Positions 12,740 through 26,200 of a stretch of 64,000 nucleotides of DNA are shown piece by piece. A program made the position numbers and the translations under genes. The stretch comes from Okamejei kenojei. Taxonomy: Eukaryota. The stretch is from NCBI GenBank assembly GCA_035221665.1, contig CM069161.1, positions 868,001 to 932,000 of the forward strand. The letters run 5' to 3'. Within the stretch, counting starts at the first letter, position 1. Every line of letters starts with the position of its first letter. The notes under the pieces were generated by a model. The model was not told the origin of the DNA. It made no database searches and saw nothing but the letters and a program-made list of their open reading frames with translations.

Positions 12740-12955
12740 CCCCAGCCACATGACAATTCTCCAACCAAAAGAGGCAATTTACAGCGACTGATTAATCGAC
12801 CATCCAAGGCATCTTTGATGTGCGGGAGAAAACGGAGCATCCATGTGGTCACAAGAACTTGCAAACGGGAAACAGACAGCACCAGAGCTCAGTAATGAAC
12901 TAGGGTCTCAGGAGCTATGAGACAGGAGCTCTACCAGCTGTTCTACTGTGCCACC
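12740..12955 (-). mobile_element. Older HE1-like SINE
   Basis: Diverged V-domain and tRNA-like head in reverse complement. Confidence 0.6.
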
Positions 12956-14014
12956 CACACTTTCACAAAATTGCTGTATTTGCATTTTAATAGTCAAAAA
13001 TCACTGCAGAGCTTTAAGCCACTAAATAGCTTAAATACGTTTGAAATGAGATGCAGAGCTACTGAATTTAAATTGTTCCCTTCAAGCTGAAAAATCCCCA
13101 TCCCTGCAGCTGGTAAATTGACTAAATTTAGAAATGTCTCCTTCACTGTCTGCCTCATTTAATTAAAAATCCATTATGTCTTGCCACACCCCCTCTCTCT
13201 CATTAACCAAATTAGATTATAGCTCCTTGTTTCTTTCATTACATCCTGTTTGTTGAGGGAAGGGAATTGTGTTGTCACTGTTATGACTGCATGGGAAGGG
13301 ATCAGTCCATTGAATCAGAACGATCCCATCAATTCCATTTCGACCACTCTATACCCCAGCCCCACAAGTTCAGCTTCCGCGAGTATCATTCCAATTTCCT
13401 TTTGAAATAATCGATGATCCCCTCTTTTCCGAGTCACAGACAGTGTTCCGGGATATTACCACTTCTGAAAAAGGTTCTTTCTTCCAATCCCCTGTATCTC
13501 TCACCCTAAACGTCAAATTCTTCTCCCTGAACTAAACAAACAGCTGACACTTCTGCCAAATCTGCCCTAAACATTTTTCCTCCTTCCATCCCACCTCATC
13601 CCAAGCTTATCTAATGTTAACTTGGAGCAGAAATGCAACATTCCTCGAATTCTTCTGCTAAACCTCTACATCTACGACTGTCACATCCTTCCCGAGATAA
13701 GAGTTTGCCATAACATCTGCTTCTGTGCTCAATACCACATGCTTTGCGAACTACTCACTCAATGTATCCTCCAACTTCAGATTAATACACATAATCCCGT
13801 GTCACTTTATTACAGCACAGCAAAGTGGTGTGGTATTCCATTCCAGGGCATTGGAATTTGTGACAGGCCAACTCTGGTCAAAAAGTGTTGGAGGCAGTAC
13901 ATATGGAAGCTAAGATTATTGATCGCATTGATCAGTGTACAGGTCTTGATACCATGCAACAGAGTGCTGATGGTAGGCTAAGTAAGCACCAGTGTGATTG
14001 CTTAGGGAACCTGT

Positions 14015-14425
14015 TTTTTTTAAAGCAAAAATAAACTTTATTCAAAAATTTTGAATTTATACAAATCGAAAACTGAGCGAAAACTGTTCATACATTCTCA
14101 TTGCTGATGCATTCAATAGTGTATGTTCTCAGTAGTGTGCAAACTCAGTAATGTTCGCACCCTACATGCCACTCACGTGCCCCCCTAGGGTGATAACCCT
14201 TCCCTTGTTTGAGGGGTACTCCCACTGAACTCTGCCACTCAATGCCCAGCAACAGAAGGACCCTAGACTGTGGTTCTCCCCCACATAGCCTTGGCGTTGG
14301 CTGGAAAGGGCCAGTCAGCAACATTACCCGATGGACATCTCGCTGTGCTGCGAGACCAACATGTTTCAGGCAGACCAAAGAGCATCTTTCACCGAGTTGA
14401 TGATCTTCCAACAACATTTCATGTA
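14015..14425 (-). mobile_element. Tx1-like (L1 superfamily) LINE 3' fragment
   Basis: Minus strand reads CCWKIINSVKDALWSA and ANAKAMWGRTTV-stop, then AATAAA and an A-run at 14013-14043. Confidence 0.7.
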
Positions 14426-15267
14426 CTTCTTGCTTATTATTCAGCCGCAACCCTTGCTGTAATCCTGCAAAATTGTGGCAGTTTCCTGCTGAACCGGTCG
14501 ATGCCCGCATCCAGCAAGAACTTGTCAGCAATGGAGGATACTAAGTAAACTTGGATCCATTCCAGTTTACATCATTTATATATAAATCAAGCAGCAGCAG
14601 CCTAGAACGCATTGTGGAACACTGACTACATCGACCAGCCTGACAAACAAACACTTAACGCAGCACACTGCTTTGCCCTCAAGCTATTTTTTTTTCATCT
14701 ATGCTGACACCTCCTATCCTCTCCCGATTTTGTTAACCAGCCTTGCCTAGTATTTTGTTAAACAGTTTTAAAAATCCATTTAGACTGCACCCACTGCATT
14801 CGCTTCAATCTCCTGTGATTTCAAAACATTATGTCAAACACAACCTGATCTTTAAAAAATCTCAGCTGACCTGAATTTTCTCTTGATCAAGAACACAAGC
14901 CACAATCTAAATGATAGGAGGTTCCATGTCCATAGTTACAGGAATGTCATGCTGTTGATGTTAGACTTGTGTGTAAAAGGGCATCACATTTGCAACTTTC
15001 CAACCCTCAGGCACCTCCACTGTAGTGGGGAGATAGGCAGATGTTGAAAGCTCTCCTCCCAACTCCACTTCAGCTCATTGAACAACCCAAGATGCAAGTC
15101 ATCTAACCCATGCAACAAACACATTCCAAACACTTCCTGCCTACCACCTTTCACTTAGCCTCTTACATCTATCATAATCCTTACATCTATCCTATCACTG
15201 TTGCTGATATTTTGTCAGTACCCCTTCCTGGGTAACCATACATACAGCACACTCATTATTCAAGCAA

Positions 15268-15557
15268 GGGGCAGCACAGTGGCACAGTGGTAGAGTTGCT
15301 GCCCTGCAGTGCCACAGACCCGGGTTCAATCCCAGCTCTAGGTGCTGTCTGTATAGAGTTTGTACATTCTTTGTAACCACGTGGGTTTCCTCCGGATGCT
15401 TTGGTTTCCTCCCACATTCCAAAGATGTACACGTTTGAAGGTCAATTGTTTCGGTAAGAAATTGTAAATTGCCCCTAGTGTGTTAACATGCGGGGTGATC
15501 GCTGGTCAGTGCGGACTCAGTGGGTCGTAGGGCCTGTTTCCATGCTGTATTTCTAGA
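15268..15557 (+). mobile_element. HE1-like tRNA-derived V-SINE, near full length
   Basis: Box A (tggcacagtgg), box B (gggttcaatccc), V-domain and the LINE-like tail gggcctgtttccatgctgtat. Confidence 0.85.
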
Positions 15558-15627
15558 GTCCAAAGCCTTAAGAGTCAGCCAATTAATCTCTTCCCTTTTA
15601 CTTTGAGTTTTTGGTTTCATTTGGCAG

Positions 15628-15835
15628 TGAAATCTGTGGAATTCTCTGCAACAGAAGGCAGTGGAGGTCAATTCACTGGATGTTTCCAAGAGAGTTAGAT
15701 TTAGCTCTTAAGGCTAACAGAGTCAAGGGATATGGGGGAAACGCAGGAACAGGGTACTGATTTTGGATGATCATATTGAATGGCAGCACTGGCTCAAAAG
15801 GCCAAATGGCCTACTCCTGCACCTATTTTCTATTT
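15628..15835 (+). mobile_element. CR1 3' end fragment
   Basis: tctgtggaattctctgc...gaaggcagtggagg...aatggcctactcctgcacctattttcta. Confidence 0.8.
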
Positions 15836-15849
15836 TTCAGTTTCCCCCT

Positions 15850-17140
15850 GTCTACTTCATTTCATTCAAGTCCTGTCCTGGTTTGTTCCACCAAAATGTA
15901 ATACCCTGCATTTATCCAAATTAATGTTCCATTTGCCATCAGCCCATTAGACTACATAACCCAGATCCTGCTGTAACCTTAGATAACCATCTTGCTGTCC
16001 ACTATACCATCACATTTAGTGTAATCCACGTACTTACTAACCATGCTTCATACATTCCCATAAAAATGGTTAACATTAATAACAAACTGTGGACCCAACA
16101 CCAGTCCCAGTGGCATACTTGCCACAGGCATGACTGAAATGCAGCCCTTCACGACCACTCTGTTTCTAATCTTCAAGCCAATTCTGCATTTATTTTTTGC
16201 TAGCTTGCCCCAGACTCCATAAGATCTAACTTTCCAGACCAACCTACTGTCTTGTCAAAGACTTTGCTAACATTCACGTAGACCATAGTGAATCTCAATT
16301 CCCCACACACAAAACAATGCTGATTATCCCTAATCAATTTTCCCCTTTACAAATGCATGTCAACTCCCTCTCAGAGTGCCCTCCATTAACTTACCACTGA
16401 TGCAAAGCTCACCAGTCTGTCGTTCCCAAGCTTCTCCCTCACAGCTTTTCTTGAACAGAGGCACAACATTTGTCACCCTCCAGTCTTCCAGGCTCTCACC
16501 TGTGTCTATCAATGATGACAATCTCTGCTTGTGGCCCCATAATTTCTTCCCGAGATTCACACAATGTCCTAGGATATACTTGACTAGGTCCCAACAATTT
16601 TTCTACCTTTATGCATTTTATGACTTCACCTTTTCTTTGATAATGTGGATTATCTTCACGACAGTTACATTCAAAATTCCCCAACATTCATGTCCTTCTC
16701 CACAGCAGATACAAATAAGAAACATTTAATTAACACCTCTGCCATGTCCCATGCTTCCACATATAGACAACCTTGTTGATTTTAAATGGCTCCATTCTCT
16801 CAAATGTTTGTGGAATCTCTTTAGATTCTGCTTTCTCTTCTCTGCTAAAGCTATTGAATGTCCCCTTTTTTGCACTCCTGATTTCACGATCAATTGTGCT
16901 CTTACACCCACTGTACTCGAGGGATTCACACGATCCCCTCAGCCTATCCCTGACACATGCCTCTTTTTTCTTGTTCAAAACCTCAAGAGCACCATCATCC
17001 AAGGTTTCCTACTCCTATCAGCCCTGCTCTTCGCTCTAACAGGAACATGTTGGCCATTAACTCTACTACACATTTATAAACCTCAAGTTTACGAGACATC
17101 CATTTGCCTGCAAACAGCCTCTCGTAATTAACATCTGAAA
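15850..17140 (-). mobile_element. Old decayed CR1 ORF2 fragment
   Basis: Fragmentary frames EDWRVTNVVPLFKK, GLVLGPQF and GPSQVYPRTL. Confidence 0.75.
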
Positions 17141-17509
17141 GTTCCTGTCTTTCCCATCAGGATATAACGAATTTAAGCCAGGGTTTAGCTGGTGAGACTT
17201 CACCATTGCCACTGGTATTCTGGATTAAAACTACCAGGCAAGGACCCTGATAAATGAGTCTAAACATTTCAATTCAAATATTTGGAGTGGCTGAAATTCT
17301 GATGGTGAGGGGTTTACAGTCACTGAGCTTGTTGGAATGTACCAGGTTAAAAGTAGTTCAGGTCACAAGGGGATCATTTTTATTCCCCTTGATGGCCATG
17401 TCCGTGATGAAAGTTCCCATAGTCTCTGTTTAGCTTCACCCACACTTATGTCTTGGATACACCAGGTCAGACAAGGGCCAGCATCATTTCCTTTGGCAAA
17501 AAGCTGTCA

Positions 17510-17720
17510 TGTTTTCACCCAGATAGTTGTGCATCTGTGAAATTCTCTGCCACAGAAAGCAGTGGAAGCCAATTCTCTGGATGTTTTCAAGAGAGAGTTA
17601 GATATAACTCTTAGGGCTAATGGAATCAAGGGATGTGGGGAGAAAGCAGGAATGGGGTACTGATTTTGGATGGTCAGCCATAATTTTATTGGATGATGGT
17701 GCTGGCTGGAAGGGCCAAAT
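17510..17720 (+). mobile_element. CR1 3' end fragment
   Basis: Same 3' consensus as 19557-19935. Confidence 0.75.
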
Positions 17721-19061
17721 GTCATAATACTAAGGCAAGGAGGCATCTTTGAAATGGCCTGTTACATTTCATCTCAATACTTGTTTACCTAACTTTCATC
17801 ACATTAACTGCCCGCTGATTGCTTGCCAGTTGGGGCTTAGCATGGTTCAGTACTGGAGCTTCCGGTCAACTTCCAGGGTGATGCTGCATGTCCAACGTGT
17901 GCTCTGCAGAACACTCCAGCATTGTGTTGTATTAAACAGAGAGCTCACTTGCCCCAATAAAGAGGGATCCTTCTGAAGGTGTTTGTCAGTGTGTCCAAGC
18001 CTTTCAACCAACGCCATGATAAAACAGACTATCCACTTTTCACTTTACTGCCATGGGTGAACTGGCTGTCATACTTCCAACTGTAGCTTTACAATGACTA
18101 CAGTTCCGCTGTAAACTGATTAGGGGCATGCCGATATCATGAGAGGCAATGTTAATACAAACCCAGCTATTTCATGAAACTCTGCTCATAAAGTACAAAA
18201 ACAGTGCGGACAGGTGGCGAGTGCCATGAAAGCTGGACACCGGAAATGGGCAGGTCCGACTCAATGTTGAACAGCACAGAAACAGGCCCTTCAGCCCATC
18301 ACAGGCATGCTCTGCGCTGTACCAATGTGTACCATTCATTTAGTCATTAAGTCCCAGACATTTCTCCAGCTTCAATAGTGCTGCATACTCCATGATATTG
18401 GACAGAATGGCTGCAGAGGATAACACGTCGATGCATTAATGGAGTGTTACTGCTACCAATAGTAAATGACCTCTTCATTTTAAGTACCTCGACCTGAACG
18501 TCACACATTCCTTGTCTCCAGAGATGCTGCCTGACCTGCTGACTTATTCCAGTTTTTTGCATGTACCTCTCCGTCCAGCTGTACTTGTCTACATATTCAG
18601 CAGCTGGATGTTAAGCAGGCGAGGAATACAAAACTAAACCCAGGGGAATGATCCAGCATGAATCTCCAAACGTATACTCAGGAGTAATGATGTTATCAGT
18701 GGGTTTACAATTGCAGTACAGAGAGGTCGAGGAATTTGTTCCTCCTAATCCCCTCCGGCCACAGTCTGCTCACACTGAGAAAGACAATTGCAACCTCAAC
18801 ATTTCCAAATGTTTGTTAAATGCTCAGACGCAGCAGACCTTGAACTATAACTCAGACAGCCCTGCATCTGCACACAGGGCACATTCACAGCTTAGTGACT
18901 CAAAGCAAAACAAAACTATATATAGGATGCATCCTGCTGTACAATCTGAATTTTTATGTTTGTTGGGTTGGTCAGGTGGCAGAGAAATCGGCAATGAGGC
19001 CAACAAACCTTAGCTCAGCTGAACGGAGCACGACCCAAGATCATAGCAGCAAAACAGCCAA

Positions 19062-19356
19062 CACACGGCAACGCAGTGACGCGACATTGGAGCCAAAGGC
19101 CCAGGTTTGATCCTGACTAGGGACGCTGTCTTTACAGAGTTTGTACGTTCTCCTTGTGACCCGCATGGGTTTTCCCCGGGAGCTCTGGTTTCCTCCCACA
19201 CTCCAAAGACGTACAGGTCTGTAGGTAAATTGGCTTGGTAAAATTGTAAATTGTCCCTATTGTGTGTTTCAGTGTTAGTGTGTGGGAATCACTGGTTGGT
19301 GCAGATTGGCGGGCCAAAGGTTCTGATTCTGCGCTGTATCTCTAAACTAAACTAAA
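19062..19356 (+). mobile_element. HE1-like V-SINE with a (TAAAC)n tail
   Basis: ggtttgatcctgact head, V-domain and tctaaactaaactaaa end. Confidence 0.8.
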
Positions 19357-19556
19357 CCTCACCAATCAGGATTAGATGCTCACTTCTGCAGTGTTGGAAC
19401 TTGATCACTTGAGATGAAAGAATTCTCAGCTCCCACTGTGGAACTTTGAATCTGTGATGACAATGCCTCTACCTACTCTTCAGCCTTTTATAATCTTGAA
19501 TATCTATCATATGTTCCCTTGTCTGCTGAGAACAACACCAAAATCATTGTTGTTTC

Positions 19557-19935
19557 TTGTAGAAACATATAATATTATTACGGGATTGGACAAGCTAGAT
19601 GCAGGAAACATGTTCCCGATGTTGGGGGACTTCAGAACCATGGGCCACAGTTTAAGAATATGGGATAGATCATTTAGAACTGAGATGAGGAAATACTTTT
19701 TCACCCAGAGAGTTGTGAATTTGTCAAATTCTCTGCCTCGGAAAGCAATGGAAGCTGATTCACTGGATGCATTCAAAAGAGAGCTAGATAGAGCTCTTAG
19801 GGCTAGCAGAATCAAGGGGTATGGGGAGAAGGCAGGAACGGGGTACTGATTGTGGATGATCAGCCATGATCACATTGAATGGCGGTGCTGGCTCGAAGGG
19901 CCGAATGGCCCACTCCTGCACGTATTTTATATGTT
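19557..19935 (+). mobile_element. CR1 3' fragment (ORF2 C-terminus and 3'UTR)
   Basis: ETYNIITGLDKLDAGNMFPMLG...FFTQRVVNL...AFKRELD...KGYGEKAG. Confidence 0.87.
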
Positions 19936-22900
19936 TACTGAAAGTGCCAAGAAACAAGTACTGAGTCAAAAGCAGCAGCTGATATTGAAGCCCTTGGGAA
20001 CAGCACTGTTGCCAGCAGAGTTCTGGCATCAACATGTGTCAAGCACTCTCCTGTTAAAATGTCACCAAACCATACACCCTCAGCATAAGTAACCCACCAC
20101 TCCAATTTACTAATAGAGTTTATCTATTTCTCAATAACAGTTTGTATAACTCATTTAGTGAGGATAAACAGAGGCAGCGCAGGAATACTATCCAACAACT
20201 TGACAGGATCGCACTAAAAGTGTAGTTAAGGAATAAAGTTTAAAGAGCAGTTAAGGAGGTACGAGGGCAGTGGGTGGCAGCTGGGGGCTGGATTTCAGAG
20301 CAGAGTCACTGACAACACAGCCATTTCATTCGGGCTTGAGCACAATTGCCAAATTTGAGCATAGCATTCTCAGGGAGATACGAGGTTGGAAAGATTGCAG
20401 AGATAGTGCAGCTGAACTAAACCACAGAGTGATTTGAAAACAAGGATGAAAATTTAAAAGGAAACAAGATGATGTGTTACCAGGAGGCAATGGTGACAAA
20501 CAGGCAAAGGAGCGATCGATGAATAAGACTCGGGCAAGGTCACAGGCAATAAAGCTTTGGACGATCTATAGTGGAGATTAGAAAGAGGGATAGCAGCCAG
20601 AATTTAGTTACGCAGACATGGCTCAGGGTAACATGAGAGCTTCAGCAGTGAGCTGGGTCAGGGGCTGAGTAAGTCCAGTTACGAGGTGAATACAGGCTGT
20701 CATAGTAACGTCATTGACACGTCTGAAGCTCAACTGGGATACGATGCCAAAAGTTTGTTGAAGTTTCAGAGCAGTCCTGGAGCCAGGTGGAGTTGATGAT
20801 AGAGATCAGAGACAAATTCATCTGCAGGCCTGCGCTGCTCCTTTAACTATCCAATTGCCCCAGCTTGTCAGACATCGTCTAGTACCTCATCTCCATGGTC
20901 CTGTTTCTCCAAACCTCTAATCCCCTCCAACACTGTAACCGCTCAAGATCTTGACTGTGGATGATCAGCCATGATCACATTGAATGGTGGTGCTGGCTCG
21001 AATGGCCAAATGGCCTACTCCTGCACCTATTGTCTAATCTGAAGAAGTCCCAACTCGAAAGGCCACCCACCTATCCATTCCCTCCCCAGATGCTGTGTGA
21101 CCCATTGAGTTCCTCCTGCACTTTGTGCTTTCCTCAAGATTCCAGCATCTACAGTCGCCTGTCTCTCAAGATCTTACTTTCCCTAAAATTCTGGTCTCTT
21201 GGGCCTTCCAGCTGTCTTCAGATGCGCAGCTCCAGCGTACTGGAATTTCTTCCCATTCTGCCTCTATAATTCTTCCTTTGCCTCGACCTGAAATTTTAAC
21301 TTGAACCTTTTGCTTCCCCCTCCCCTCCCTCGCACCCCCCGCACCCTCTCCCCAGCTGTTGTTTGAACTGATGAATTCTTCCAGTGTTCTGTTTTTGTCC
21401 ATAAAATCTACTCATTTGACCAAGCTTTTGGATTTGTCAGCTAGCGTCTATGTGGCTTTGTGCCAAATTAGACTTACAGAGTTTATTATAGTGACAGGGC
21501 TGTAAATCTTTGGGTTGGCTCAAGTGAGCCAAATTAGTGCGTGTCTGTGAATGATTCAAATTCAGTAAGAGCCACAGCCCAGCCCAACCTGTGCTCGTGA
21601 AACCACAGTAGGATGCTCTGGGCTGGCATTCCCTGAAGTTGCACCCGTCTCAATGGCGGGGGGGAGGGGGGGTCACTGGATCGCAATCATCAGCTGGAAG
21701 TGGGACTGATCATCTCCTCAGCCCTGGCCAATGACTCAGACACTCCACCCCGGCCCCGTCTAACTCCGCGCTGACCCCACTTCACCGGAATTTGTCTCCC
21801 ATCCCACGATCCAATCACCTGAGCCACCGGGATAGGAGCTGGCAAGAATTGAAGTCTCTTCCCGGAAGTTTCAGCTTGTTTTTGGAAGCGAGTTTTGCCT
21901 CTTCTGCTGACAATTCCAGCGCAGCCAGGCTGCTATCCCCAGGTGACACTCCCAGCAGAGATCACAGCAAAGTGCTCTGCAGGTGCTCACTGGGCTACAC
22001 CTCCAAGCCCCGAGACTGTCACCAGGGCAGGGATGCAACACCACATGCAGACGCCACCTCAATGTGCACGCCATCCCGACTCTGATCACCAGCACCCCTG
22101 CACTGTAGCTGGGTCTAAGGTGATACTTTATCCCGGGCAGCCCAGTGGGAAGGTGGTGGCTCACCCACACACTCTCAAGGACAATGGCTGATGACCTGGT
22201 CAGCAATGCCTACTTCTTATGAAGGAATAACAAACATAGCATTCACTTGTCAACTGAGGGGCAGATGGCCGCACTCCAGTCAGCAGATCACAAATTCACA
22301 ACTGGAGCCACTGCCACTGTGCCACCATAGGGCACTGCCCCTCCCATCCCCCATAGTTGGGCATTTCTCAGCCCCCTCCCCAACAGCAGGGATTACTGCT
22401 CACCATTTCCAATTCCCACTTCACAATGATTGTGCTCGTGAAGTACTTAGCTGGCTCTAACATGCTTATGTTATCAGAAGATTGCAAAAAGTGCGACGGA
22501 AATGCGATATTTATATCCCCGGAGACTAATTTGGTGCTGGGAACAAGCCTCAGCAAGGATGAGGATTAGCAGCCGAGTGGCTCACAAGCCATACTGTCCA
22601 AACTCCCATTAACCAGGGAGGAGGGCCATGGCCTTTACAGGTTACACCTCAGAACTTTCTTAATTTGATGAGCGGAGCAAAACGCAAGCACCTTGGTGAA
22701 CACATTGAACAACTGGGAGTTTCTGATGTCACCAAACATGGATATGATTTTTGTCACTGGTTTTAACCCCAGCCTCTTCTTGAACCAGTGCATTTTACCA
22801 GTGCCGGGTCAACAGCTCCCATCACTACTTCACGTGGGAGTAAATCAATTTGGTACTCCCCAGATGAGGTGCGCAGTGGAGAAAACCATTGAGGAATTTA

Positions 22901-23114
22901 ACCATGTGTTTTCCATCAAGAAACTCAAGTAACTGAAGCTGTAGGGATAGGTTCTTCACATACAGGAGTCCTGCCAGAAGAAAGGCAGATAAATGTGAAT
23001 GTAGCCAAGAGATAATGAAACTGTTGTTGAAGTGGTGCTCTAGTTTCAACCATCATCTCCTACAAAGGCATTCACGCTGACCAGGAGTGGTGGGGTGATA
23101 TCAGTTTATATTGG

Positions 23115-23239
23115 GTGTAGACACAAAATGCTGGAGTAGCTCAGCAGGACAGGCAGCATCTCTAGAGAGACGGAATGGGTGACATATCGGGTCGTGACTC
23201 TTCTTCAGGCTTAAACCAGCATCTGCAGTTCTTTCCTAC
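23115..23239 (-). mobile_element. Penelope-derived mini-insertion with a 14-bp TSD
   Basis: tcagtttatattgg at 23101-23114 and 23240-23253; internal inverted junction. Confidence 0.75.
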
Positions 23240-26200
23240 TCAGTTTATATTGGACAATGCTCAGTTTCATTTGGAACTCATCAAGGCAATGCTACATGCA
23301 GCAAAATCAAAACCTCGTTCCCGCATGGGCTGGTAAACAGCAAGGAACTGATGCTGCAAAGAGTCATCAGAGCATTATGCTTCAGAAAATTAACTGGACC
23401 ATCACTAAATACCATGGCCTCAAGAGCAGGTCAGAAGCTGGGTATCCTTCGGTAAGTGACTCGTAAGGTATCGTAAGGTCCTCCCAACATCTACAAAGTC
23501 AAATGTCTACTGGGATAATGTTAGAATGAATGAAGCTCGAACAACATTGGAAAATCTTAACACCATCCAAGACAACATAGTTCACCAGAACAACAGCCCA
23601 TCCAGCACCACCCCTCCATTCATCATTCACTTTCACCATCCAAGGCAGCATAGTTCACCTGAACAGCAGCCCACCCAGCCCCACCCTCCATTCACCATTT
23701 ACTTTCCTCCACTAGCAGTAACTGGGGCTGCAGTATTTACCATCAGCAGTACCTGCTAAGTGAGCTAACTGTACCACCAGGACAGAAACAGCATCACTTG
23801 CATCTTCCCACAAGTTACAGGTACATGCCAGTTTCACTTGAGAAAATACATTTTTGTTCCCCAAGCTTAGGTCGGTCAAAATACAAGAATGTCTGCACCT
23901 GGGTTCAGAACAAACCTCAACATGCACTGTAGCAGTTCAAGGTGGTGCCGGTCAGTGTCTGTGAGCTGGAAGAAATGGGCATTAAAGCATGGATTTTCCA
24001 ATGATTCCACATCCCACAGATGACAATTTCACCATTGGATTCAGTCTGACTGCATTAGGCATCATCATGGATTGCATCCTGCAGGAGTACAACATTGATG
24101 GATGCTGAACTGCCACTGCACTAATAGATAGACAGCTGCTTGAGTATAACAGGTGTCCAGGCCTCGTGTTACAGAATCTATTAAAAATAAGGGGTTGTAA
24201 TTATATGATTAGGCAGAGACAATTGTTTTACGAAAGGCAAGTTCTGTTTCACATGGCAGACAAGACACACAATACTTTGCCCAGTTCGCTAGCAAGGACA
24301 TGCTTTGGCTTAGATACAGCGCGGCACAAATAGACTGATTCACGCATGGCAATATTGACCAGAGGAGAAATTGAGACGGTTTGGTCTGTATCCATCAGAG
24401 CTTAGTATCAAAGGACAATATCGGTGGGTACAGGTGTATCACCAAGTATTGCAAAGCAGAATTGGCTGCAGGCCCAGTGGATCACACGGGGGATCAGGTA
24501 CTGGTGGGTGCCAGTCTGACACTGCAAAAACATTGACATAGTGCACAGACAATCACAGTGAATGAGGCAACTGTGGGGAAATGACCATCACATTGTTAAC
24601 CCTAACATTTCTCGTTGTTTGCTGTACAAATATCTCATTGCAGAAATATTTGCACAGCACCGTTGGGTTCCAATTGACCGCTGTTTAATATTGGATTAAA
24701 CCAAACTAGAGTGTATGCTTGGAGTGAATGGTACTGTGTAAATATATCTGTAATAGTGAGAATATAATAATGAAAATCATTTCTCATTCTTCCAGTGCTA
24801 CAGACCTGGTGCATGTGCCCAACATTTCCAATGTTTATTCCACTGGGTGTGGTCTATCAGTCCACAATGGGGTTACAGCTGCAACATCCTAACCTCTCAA
24901 ACAAGAGACATTAATATTCAAATCTAATGTTACCTCGGGCATTTACAGGATAATGTAAAGAAAAATTGTTAATGGGGAATAATGAAATACACAGATTATA
25001 CAGAAGGAGGAGGACTGGGCTTTTTGGTGCCTTCCCTCAGTGTGAGCGATTCTGCTGTGGGGGGTGTTCATGTTGAATCTTATAGTGTATTGTGTCTTTT
25101 TTTATTTTTTCTTTTACATTGATGTATGGAAATCTGATTTCTTCTCTGTAAAGCACTTTGGCTTCACCGTGATTTGATTTTAAAGAGCTATATAAATAAA
25201 AATTACTTACTTAATTATAATTTAATCTCAAAGGCACCATTAATTAACTACAAATACAGGAGTAACTATAGTCTAATGGGGGTAAGGAATGTAAAGTAAT
25301 TATTAGTGCAAGTAGTGGTAAAATTAATGGGGCTGAAAGCTCTCGTTAGCTTGGGTCCAAAACTATGGAAATAGCACATGGTCTTGCAAAATTCCTTCAA
25401 TTCTCCAATGGGGGCAATAGCAGTGTTTAATAAAGGAGTGAACAAACCGCTGACCAGGCAGCTAGACTGTAGTGGCAAGCATTTAAAACTATATTGAACA
25501 GACATATGAAAGGGAAATTCTGAAAAATTCACATTCTTTTAATGATGACACTAGGAAATTAGTTGCAGGGAAGCAATGAATGCGAATCAGGATGTCCCAA
25601 TGGCATCTAATAGAAGTACAATATATGGGTGGAAGGTGATATAAGAACAGAAGGGGGAATTGGGTAAATTTGGGTATTTTCGACACAATATATACACGTG
25701 GAAGGAACGCTGAACTTTATTGCAGAGAACAATGGTATGGGAAATGTGGTCACCGCCACTAAGAAGAGCTAGACTCGGCTCATCCACAGTGCAAAATCAC
25801 CACATTGATTCCAATGAAGAAAGATTATTATGATCAGATATCCTGACCAAGGAGAATGGTCCTGTAGTTACTGGAGCTTAGAAGAATGTGGAGTCATCTG
25901 ATTAAAAGATTCAGATAGGATGAAGGCAGGATAGTTAGAAGACAGCTTTCACTTTACTCTGACTGGAGTCTACTATGGTGCGCAGGGTCCTTGGCGCTCT
26001 CCATGTCCTGGCCTGTGCGTGATCAGATGTTGATCTAAGAGTTCCTTATGAGCAAAGAATGTTTCTAACTCCATCCCTTAAGATACAAGAGTTACTCCCA
26101 AGAGCTCCATTGGCAGGTCCAGGCACAATGCTGTACAAAGTCTCATCCCAAGGCGCAGGCCTCTGATGGTATACATCTGAATATATAGGGAGCTACAGGT

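Noticed and set aside
15268-15345. tRNA genes (also at other SINE heads)
   Set aside because: The A/B boxes belong to tRNA-derived SINE heads that continue into the V-domain; no complete cloverleaf.
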